Source: an uncultured virus (IMG/VR IMGVR_UViG_3300027985_001212) | Taxonomy: Duplodnaviria > Heunggongvirae > Uroviricota > Caudoviricetes | Reading direction: 5' to 3' (one strand) | IMG/VR virus record: IMGVR_UViG_3300027985_001212 | Length of the DNA stretch: 64,000 nt | Part shown: piece by piece, positions 57,243 through 64,000 of the stretch | Layout: the number at the start of each line of letters is the position of its first letter | How positions within the stretch are numbered: position 1 is the first letter of the stretch | Made by a program: the position numbers and the translations under genes | Notes under the pieces: generated by a model | What the model was told of the DNA's origin: nothing | What the model saw: only the letters and a program-made list of their open reading frames with translations | Database searches by the model: none

Positions 57243-58259
57243 TTAACCAAGTAAACGATTATAGTCCGCGATCTTAATCCACCATTCAAATACCATGGTG
57301 TCCGGATTGATACGGGGATAGGTCCAGCTATTTAAAAACGGACGGTCTTCACGGGACACCTGAATCATCCATTTCTCACGATAGGCATCGCGCATCTCCG
57401 GACAATGTATCTGGGTACAGGTATTAAAGTCCACGATGATCCTTGGGTCTAACGGATGCGCCGTCACGGACCGGAACGGTATCGTAATGATGGAACTTTC
57501 AGCTGTCGTGGGATTTTCTCGATCGTAACGAAATTTAGCCCCCAAGTTATCCGCTGTTGGAAAGCTCCACCCCGTGCGCGTCGCGAAGCTCACACACTCC
57601 TCGTTCATGTCCAACACAAACCGATAGATCGCCGTATAGTAGTCAATAAAATACCCAAACATGTTGCTCGGCCATGGGGTCATATACCCTAAGTAAACAT
57701 TAGAGATATACGTCAACCACAATACAAGCATTAACGTGACCGGGTCATTATTGGTGTTGTGAAACGTGGCAGTCAAATCAAACGTGCCATTATGCGCATA
57801 GATACCGTCAGCCCAACTATGACTCTCTTTGGCAATGCCTTCCGGGGTCGTATAGGTATCGATTTGACCATCTTCCCAGTTATCCAGTTTATCCAGTGCA
57901 TTGGATAAAATAGGGATAAATGCCTGATCGTGCATAAAGATCGGTGAAGCGCCCTGTTCACCTTCGATCTTGATGAGATCAGGTGATAGCATATGTTTAA
58001 TCGCATAATGCAGCGTTTTAGGGTCTTGGGTTAAGAACGGTGACAGCCGTCTATCTAGTAAAAGGTTATTGTATGATAGATTAAGCCTGGGTCGGGTGAA
58101 AAAGACATATCCAAGTGTGTCGGTGTTTGATCGCAATGGATGATGGGTTGGCATCATGTTGAAGCCATGCAACGCCTCTGTGACTTCCGTCCCCGTAGGG
58201 CCCCATCCCTCACTTTGCCGTGCCACTTCGGCCAGTCTATCCAGGATATCAGTACTCAT
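57243..58259 (-). CDS. Virion structural protein (phiKZ gp88-like, baseplate/tube region)
   Basis: GYVFFTRPRLNLSY.N, IDYYT.IYRFVLD and YPRINP.T..FEWW motifs. Confidence 0.7.
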   Translation of the reverse strand: MSTDILDRLAEVARQSEGWGPTGTEVTEALHGFNMMPTHHPLRSNTDTLGYVFFTRPRLNLSYNNLLLDRRLSPFLTQDPKTLHYAIKHMLSPDLIKIEGEQGASPIFMHDQAFIPILSNALDKLDNWEDGQIDTYTTPEGIAKESHSWADGIYAHNGTFDLTATFHNTNNDPVTLMLVLWLTYISNVYLGYMTPWPSNMFGYFIDYYTAIYRFVLDMNEECVSFATRTGWSFPTADNLGAKFRYDRENPTTAESSIITIPFRSVTAHPLDPRIIVDFNTCTQIHCPEMRDAYREKWMIQVSREDRPFLNSWTYPRINPDTMVFEWWIKIADYNRLLG

Positions 58260-58286
58260 GTATTAATTCTCCAAAGGAACGTCACT

Positions 58287-59465
58287 ATGTTTGCAGAAGA
58301 TTTTGTCACACTTAAAGAGGCGGTCGTAAAGATCTCACAGGTGTTGGGTGACGCCTCCGCTGAGGATCTTATCTCGTTTACCCGTGTATTACGGGCAGAG
58401 CCCCGCACTATCGTCGACACCCGTTTATTCGGTGGCGAGGCGATCAGTCCGGTGCTTCAGTCCGCCACCACGTTGTTTACGGGCTATTACCTGCAGGCGT
58501 TTCAGCTGATGCAGTTGCGGGTTACCCATGCTGAAGTGGCTGGAATGTTGAACCAGATCAATCCGAATCGAGACAGTCGTACGGATGCCCGTATCCTCGG
58601 TGATGCCCTGGCGTCCTCGATTCAGAGCGAGAATATGGACGTTAAGGTAAACCTGGCGGTCGAGGGACTCGGCACACTTGCTACATATTCTTCGCTTACG
58701 GAAGCGTCAATGCAGGCAATCGACCTGCGTGAGGCCGCGCGTACGGCGGCGGGTATCAACGGTGCGACGACCCCGGATGGTATGGTAAACTCCACCGATA
58801 TGTCCCGCATGATGCGCGAGGCAGTCGATCTGTCCGTGGGTAAAGTGTTTACCGTCACGGTTACCAAAGACAGAAACCGGGCCGAAATCACGTTGACCGT
58901 ACGACTGAAGGTGGTGCCGGTGGCATCCAATACCATAACCCATATCCTGACCTCAGGGGTCAACGGTGCGCCGTCCCTGAAGGAACGCTGGGCGCAGGTC
59001 ACCAACGATGAGATCCGCTTCTTCCAGGATTTCATGTTCAACATCGATCTGATGGAAGAACACAAAAAAGCGATTATCGCGGATAAGACGGGGCTTTACT
59101 CCGAGATCTTGGATAATCGTCGCAAAAGCAAACTGTGGGGGTATTTAACCCTACGTCCCTCCGTCGCTGTGGCCTCCAACATCTGGATCATCGACAGCGT
59201 GACCCAAAAAGAGGTTGAGCGTGGACTGCACGGCAGTCTGTCTGACAACTACCGGCTGCGGCAGAAACTGTTCGCTGGGAGTTACATGCTCCTATTGATC
59301 GTTATCGACAGTCGCTGGGATGTGGTCACGTTCTACCACCGGGGGATCGAAGACCCTACGGTTTATAAGATCGGTGATCTGAAAGCGGCTAACCGTGCCG
59401 GTGCTACCGATGTTACTGAAATACTGAAGGCCTACCAGGCCGGCAGTGCCCCTTACATGAAATAG
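58287..59465 (+). CDS. Head/inner-body protein (phiKZ gp89-like)
   Basis: AAGGA RBS before ATG 58287; EP...VD, GYYLQA, L.VGK and FYHRG motifs; internal EASMQ. Confidence 0.7.
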   Translation: MFAEDFVTLKEAVVKISQVLGDASAEDLISFTRVLRAEPRTIVDTRLFGGEAISPVLQSATTLFTGYYLQAFQLMQLRVTHAEVAGMLNQINPNRDSRTDARILGDALASSIQSENMDVKVNLAVEGLGTLATYSSLTEASMQAIDLREAARTAAGINGATTPDGMVNSTDMSRMMREAVDLSVGKVFTVTVTKDRNRAEITLTVRLKVVPVASNTITHILTSGVNGAPSLKERWAQVTNDEIRFFQDFMFNIDLMEEHKKAIIADKTGLYSEILDNRRKSKLWGYLTLRPSVAVASNIWIIDSVTQKEVERGLHGSLSDNYRLRQKLFAGSYMLLLIVIDSRWDVVTFYHRGIEDPTVYKIGDLKAANRAGATDVTEILKAYQAGSAPYMK

Positions 59466-59477
59466 GAGCCGTGTGCA

Positions 59478-60383
59478 ATGGATATCATGTCGTTTGTAAA
59501 AAGTCTGTTAACCACGGTTAACAAAACCCAGCTGTCTGACGATGTGGAGACCGCGATCAATCTGATTGATACGGTGACCATGCCGCTGTTGAATAAAGCC
59601 ACGGCGTCCCTTAAGGGGGCTGACGTATGGGCCCCGGAAAACAAAGTGATCATCGACTTTCAGAAACGCGCCAAGTTTCTGACCCCCAACGCGCCCAAAA
59701 CTACCAATATTTTGGAGGACAGTGAAGTCGCTCTGCGCGCCTTCCGGGTATGGTTGGATTGGGCACGGAAAACCGTTGACGCGATCAAGGGGGAAGAGAT
59801 TCCCAGCGTCGGCATCTCATATAGCCGAGCTAACCTGATTCGGGTGATCGGGTTGACCCGTTTTATGACACGCTATATCACGCAGATTGTGGTCTGGGCA
59901 TTGCGTGAAGAGAACGCCGCGCGTATGGGGAATACGCGTGTCCTGGGGCTTACCATTCTGAAACCGGAGATTGAGTACCTCAACAGTCACCTGCGTGATT
60001 TCTGCGTGGGCCTGAACATTGGGTTGGGGTCACGCGAAGGGCTGGTACGCGAAATGGACCGGTTGACCGATCAGGTGGTCTCAGCTGACAACTTTGAATT
60101 GGTGAAACGTGCCGCCGGTCCAGGTGCGGTCAGCTTTACAGGCGGTGACCGGCTGTCTTATAACTTATGGCCGACCTACCACATCGCGATGTTGATCGCT
60201 GAACATAATGCTAAAAATGTGCTGTTGGCGAAAGCTGAGTTAGAGGAAGCAGAACTGCAGCTGATCGCGTACCGTGAGATTCAAGAGTCCGGTAACACGG
60301 ATATTGTCTTGCAGCGCCGGATCGAACGGATACAGAACAAGATCACCGTGTTGAAAAAACAGATTGCTGATATGGAGGAGTAG
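59478..60383 (+). CDS. Head/inner-body protein (phiKZ gp90-like)
   Basis: AGGAG RBS; 301 aa with C-terminal coiled coil; synteny. Confidence 0.65.
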   Translation: MDIMSFVKSLLTTVNKTQLSDDVETAINLIDTVTMPLLNKATASLKGADVWAPENKVIIDFQKRAKFLTPNAPKTTNILEDSEVALRAFRVWLDWARKTVDAIKGEEIPSVGISYSRANLIRVIGLTRFMTRYITQIVVWALREENAARMGNTRVLGLTILKPEIEYLNSHLRDFCVGLNIGLGSREGLVREMDRLTDQVVSADNFELVKRAAGPGAVSFTGGDRLSYNLWPTYHIAMLIAEHNAKNVLLAKAELEEAELQLIAYREIQESGNTDIVLQRRIERIQNKITVLKKQIADMEE

Positions 60384-60387
60384 TTCG

Positions 60388-60951
60388 ATGGGAACTGGAC
60401 CCGTTACAACGAATTGGACTACGATGGCCTCGGGGTATAAGGTGCCGTTCGACGCCTGGCAGAGCATTGAGAGGATGGACCTGCACCGTTACTTGACCGA
60501 GTGGGTCGGTAAACTGCAGTGTCAATCAGCACCCTTTACCCCTGAGGAGCAGATGGAGATCATCAGTCTGCTGGCGAAGTGTCCGTTGACCAGCGTCACA
60601 TTCTACCTCGATCAGTTACACCAACCCACCTGTTACGGCCCGGCCCGTGAACTGATTGTGGATACACTGAGTCTGGTGTGTTACGACCAGTGTCGGCGGC
60701 ATGACGTACTGTTGTACGGCTCGATCATCAACCCCGATCGTCAGCCGGATCCGCTCGCGGTGACGCGTGCGTTTAAACACGACCGTAACCAGTTTAACGC
60801 TAAAGCATTACAGGCTGAACGTCGCTCGTTTATGGCCCGTTGGTTGGCGACCCCGGGTGGCTTTAACGATATGTTGTACCTGCTGTATGTGATCGTCAAT
60901 GGCCCGATCCCGCCGGGGCAGCCCGGATTCTTTCTCAACACACAATCCTAA
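60388..60951 (+). CDS. Conserved hypothetical protein (phiKZ gp91 region)
   Basis: GGAGGAG RBS before ATG 60388; W...PGGF.DML motif. Confidence 0.6.
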   Translation: MGTGPVTTNWTTMASGYKVPFDAWQSIERMDLHRYLTEWVGKLQCQSAPFTPEEQMEIISLLAKCPLTSVTFYLDQLHQPTCYGPARELIVDTLSLVCYDQCRRHDVLLYGSIINPDRQPDPLAVTRAFKHDRNQFNAKALQAERRSFMARWLATPGGFNDMLYLLYVIVNGPIPPGQPGFFLNTQS

Positions 60952-60962
60952 GGGAGGCTCTT

Positions 60963-62099
60963 ATGTCCACGGATGTAACGGACGATTACTATACCGACGT
61001 CATCGGTGTCGAAACAGCACTCCAAGCGGTGCAACACACCCAATATCAGATGACCTGTTTGCAGGATAGCCTGCAGGTGTTCAGTGCGTTGGAACAGTTT
61101 ACGGAATCCCTGCAGGCCAAAGGTCAGGTTGATGACACGTTGGTCGCGGTAAAAACCAGCCTTCAGTCCGCCGCGGGTCTGGGTCCTGAAACCGTTTCAC
61201 TGCAAGGCTTCGTCGAAACCCTGCGGGCCGCCTGGACAGCCCTCCAGAAGATGATGGATCGGGTGGCTGAAAGCCTGCGGACGTTATGGGATAAAATCTT
61301 TGGTTCGTTACCGACCATGCGTGAGCGGCTGAAGAAACAAGCGGATGCAATCAGTACACGCGAAAAAGAGAAAACTACCAACAAGAAAAACAAGCTGAGT
61401 GTAACCGGCTACAATGCGTTAGGGGGCGGCGGTCGACTTGATAGTCAGACCGTCATCAATGGTCTGAAAGCGATGCATGCGGCGCTGAGCACTGCCTATG
61501 GGCTGCGCACAGATGTTATGGCGGTCTATCAGTCAATGGCGAGTCATTTCACTGACCACACGATCGCCAAACGTACCCCTGAACAGCTAGCGCAAATCAC
61601 TAGCGAAACGACCGAAGCGTTGTCGAAGAAGTTTATCAGCTATAAAGCGTTTAACGATATGGACAAGATCACCTTGCCGGGGGACAAACGGGTCGCCGTG
61701 GTCCCGAACGAAATGCCGCGGGTGATTAAAGTAGGCGAAGACCATGATGACCGGATCGAAGTAAACGCCTGGTCATTGATGGAGTGTCAAAAGGTCAACG
61801 ATGAAGCCATTAAGGTGGTGGATATTATGTTGGCGAACAAAAACTTCAAAGATGATCTCGAAAAGGCCCGTAAAACGGCGGTAAGTGCCACTGATAAGAT
61901 GGTACGGTCGGTCAACCGAGCCGGCGAGGTCGGGGGCACCGGCGGTAATCTGAGCGCGAAGTCGGTCGATAAACGGATGCGCGTTTTCAGTCGCTTCAAT
62001 ACTGGCGTATTTGATAAACTCAATACCTTTGGGTACAACAGTGCGCGTACTGCGTACAATGTTGTTAATCTTATGGTGGCAAATAAAGTGGCGGTATAA
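60963..62099 (+). CDS. Internal head protein, paralogous family (phiKZ gp93-97-like)
   Basis: GGAGG RBS; propeptide with ALQ/CLQ/SLQ repeats ending VSLQ-GFVETLRAAW; LPGDK motif shared with the next gene. Confidence 0.75.
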   Translation: MSTDVTDDYYTDVIGVETALQAVQHTQYQMTCLQDSLQVFSALEQFTESLQAKGQVDDTLVAVKTSLQSAAGLGPETVSLQGFVETLRAAWTALQKMMDRVAESLRTLWDKIFGSLPTMRERLKKQADAISTREKEKTTNKKNKLSVTGYNALGGGGRLDSQTVINGLKAMHAALSTAYGLRTDVMAVYQSMASHFTDHTIAKRTPEQLAQITSETTEALSKKFISYKAFNDMDKITLPGDKRVAVVPNEMPRVIKVGEDHDDRIEVNAWSLMECQKVNDEAIKVVDIMLANKNFKDDLEKARKTAVSATDKMVRSVNRAGEVGGTGGNLSAKSVDKRMRVFSRFNTGVFDKLNTFGYNSARTAYNVVNLMVANKVAV

Positions 62100-62172
62100 G
62101 CCCCACTGGCTGCTGTTACAAAAAAACCACTACCTGCGCAGGGGTGGAAAACTTACGAATGGAGTAAAGAAC

Positions 62173-63414
62173 ATGTTCGATATGCACGTAAGCCTCCAGG
62201 AACTGATGAACGAAGAAGACGTCCCGATGGCGGCCGAGACCGACGAAGGCTACGACGAATCCGTTGCCGAAGTCGCCATGGCCGAGACCTCCATGCAGGC
62301 CGCTGTCTACATGGAAAAACACGCACTGCGCGTGTTCGATGCCCTGGAATCCATGCAGTCCGTCATCACCGAAGTCGCCGGCGACAAAGGTCTGACGGTG
62401 GGTGAAGCTACCCTGATGCGTGAAGCCCTGCAAAACCTGGCCCCGGAGCTGCAGCTGGGCGCTTCGGTGTCTACCCAGTGCTTCGACGCCAACCTCGACG
62501 ACGATGGCCGTCGCACTGCCTGGGAAGTATCCGCGCAGGCGATCGGTGAACGTCTGGCCGCTATCTGGCGCGCCTTCGTCAACGGCGCTCTGCGCGCCAT
62601 GGCCAGTATCGCCGACTTCTTCTCCAAGGTGTTCTCTTCCGCACCGAAGCTGAAAGCCAAAATGGTGGCACTGAAAGACGAAGTAGGCAAGGCTAAGTTC
62701 GCCGGTGAAGGCAAAGTGAAGGTATCCGGCTACAGCCGCCTGGGGTTGGGCGGTAAGATGGACCCGGCAACCATCGCCAAGGCACTGGGTAACCTCGACG
62801 ATTTCATGAAGCGCGTCATCGCCACCAAATCTGAACTCGTCAACTTCTACAAGGAAACCGGCTCGACTGTCGCCAAAGCGATGAACGAGAAGTCCGAAAG
62901 CACCGCGACGGAACTGGCAAAGACTATCGATACCCTGGTGAAAGACAGCAATGTGCTGGCTGACGCCGATAAGCTCCCCGGTATCGAGCTGCCGGGTGAT
63001 CGTAAGTTCGATAACAATTCGCTGGCGCTGCGCAGTAAAACCACTGCCAATGAAAGCATGGAGATCGACGCCTGGTCATCTGCCGACTGCACCACCGTGC
63101 TGGATGCTGCCATCGCCGTGATCGACACGCTGCTGAAAGACACGAACTACCCCAAAGAGGCTAACGCGGCCCGCAAAACCGCTATGGAAGAAGTGACCAA
63201 GCTGGTCGACAGCTTCGATCGTGGTCGCTTGGCCAAATGGTGGACCCGTACTGCAGTGGATCAGTACATGAAGGCTGTCCGTAAAAACTTCGTCACGGTC
63301 TACAACAGCGGTGGTAACCTGGCGTACTCCTCTGCTCGTGCGGCCCTGGCTGCCGTTGAGACGATGAAAAGCGCGGCCACCAAAGGCAAGAAAGAAGACG
63401 CCCCGGCGGCGTAA
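62173..63414 (+). CDS. Major internal head protein, paralogous family (phiKZ gp93-97-like)
   Basis: GGAG RBS before ATG 62173; acidic propeptide with SLQ/SMQ/STQ ending VSAQ-AIGERLAAIW; strong codon bias; clear paralogue of 60963-62099. Confidence 0.8.
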   Translation: MFDMHVSLQELMNEEDVPMAAETDEGYDESVAEVAMAETSMQAAVYMEKHALRVFDALESMQSVITEVAGDKGLTVGEATLMREALQNLAPELQLGASVSTQCFDANLDDDGRRTAWEVSAQAIGERLAAIWRAFVNGALRAMASIADFFSKVFSSAPKLKAKMVALKDEVGKAKFAGEGKVKVSGYSRLGLGGKMDPATIAKALGNLDDFMKRVIATKSELVNFYKETGSTVAKAMNEKSESTATELAKTIDTLVKDSNVLADADKLPGIELPGDRKFDNNSLALRSKTTANESMEIDAWSSADCTTVLDAAIAVIDTLLKDTNYPKEANAARKTAMEEVTKLVDSFDRGRLAKWWTRTAVDQYMKAVRKNFVTVYNSGGNLAYSSARAALAAVETMKSAATKGKKEDAPAA

Positions 63415-63429
63415 TTAACTACCGGCACT

Positions 63430-63463
63430 GAGGAGAACCCTTCGGGGTTCTCCTTTTATGCCG
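63430..63463 (+). terminator. Terminator with UUCG loop and TATGCCG tail
   Basis: GAGGAGAACCC-TTCG-GGGTTCTCCTT followed by TTATGCCG. Confidence 0.8.
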
Positions 63464-63532
63464 CCTCATAAACCCCATGATATGCACTGTGCATATATCA
63501 CTAAACGTTGCAACGTTTTAGGAGTAGACCGT

Positions 63533-64000
63533 ATGGATATTTTAACTGAATGTCTTCAGGGGCTGGACGCGACAGTCGTTGAAGTAAAGAAAGCGGCCCC
63601 GGCCGCCGTGGTGGATGAACTGCTCGATCCGATCGTGGAAGACGGTCTGGAAGAGGACCATGACTTCACCAAAGTGGTTGAAGCCGAACTCGACGCACAA
63701 GCAAAGCTCGTGGTGTCCGAACAGGCCTATAATCTCTTTGTGGGGCTGGCCGGCATGTATGACCAGATTAGCGTGTTAGCGGGGGATACGGGACTGACCC
63801 AACGCGAAGCCCTGCTTGCACAAGCTAGCCTACAGAACCTGGTACCGGAACATACGTTCTTAAACGACGTGATGGCCACCCAGGGTTGGGGTACCGCCAG
63901 TACGCGTAACGAGGCGACTGAAACCTCATTGCAGGCGATCGGTGAACGGCTGAGCCGCGTGTGGCAGATCATGTTGAATGGCATGCAGCGTGCTATCGCC
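63533..64000 (+). CDS. Internal head protein paralogue, 5' part (runs off window)
   Basis: Not in the ORF track. AGGAG RBS; my translation MDILTECLQ...GLTQREALLAQASLQNL...ETSLQAIGERLSRVWQ aligns with 62173-63414. Confidence 0.75.
   Translation, partial: MDILTECLQGLDATVVEVKKAAPAAVVDELLDPIVEDGLEEDHDFTKVVEAELDAQAKLVVSEQAYNLFVGLAGMYDQISVLAGDTGLTQREALLAQASLQNLVPEHTFLNDVMATQGWGTASTRNEATETSLQAIGERLSRVWQIMLNGMQRAIA

Noticed and set aside
63494..63501. TATATCAC as another early promoter
   Set aside because: Lacks the upstream TTCA at the fixed spacing and precedes a late structural gene.
4042..64000. Genetic code reassignment as the cause of Q in place of E in head-protein motifs
   Set aside because: Catalytic Glu residues (DEVH, HELGH, DIETD) translate normally, both Gln codons are used, and genes end at TAA, TAG and TGA with full-length products under the standard code.
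1..64000. CRISPR array, tRNA genes, transposases or integrases
   Set aside because: No regularly spaced direct repeats, no cloverleaf with T-loop consensus and no such protein motifs were seen by eye; a dedicated scan was not possible.

Overview
This window is a 64-kb segment of a nucleus-forming, phiKZ-related jumbo phage (Chimalliviridae-like). Gene order follows the phiKZ gp32-gp97 core as I recall it: a gp32-like virion protein, PhuZ tubulin, the family-B DNA polymerase palm half (gp50-like), a chimallin candidate, the non-virion RNA polymerase subunits (gp55/56.1-, gp68-, gp71/73- and gp74-like, all intron-free here), an SbcD/Mre11-type nuclease, a PicA/Imp1-like candidate, an SF2 helicase, an accessory early island, a virion RNAP beta' fragment, the PolB exonuclease half (gp82-like), baseplate genes and inner-head protein genes. 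Orthologue numbers come from motifs plus remembered synteny, not from a database search. The most notable observations are: (1) a ~370-nt non-coding region (220-586) that folds by eye into a closed, multi-domain, G-U-rich structure on the + strand and matches no RNA family I recognise; (2) systematic S/A/C-x-Q motifs in head-protein propeptides where phiKZ-like phages use S/A/G-x-E, implying a Gln-specific prohead protease, plus two apparent head polyproteins; (3) a conserved TATGCCG tail on many terminator hairpins; (4) a fixed-spacing TTCA-N4-TATATTAC early promoter; and (5) a near-exact bacterial SSB C-terminal tail on the gp67-like protein.
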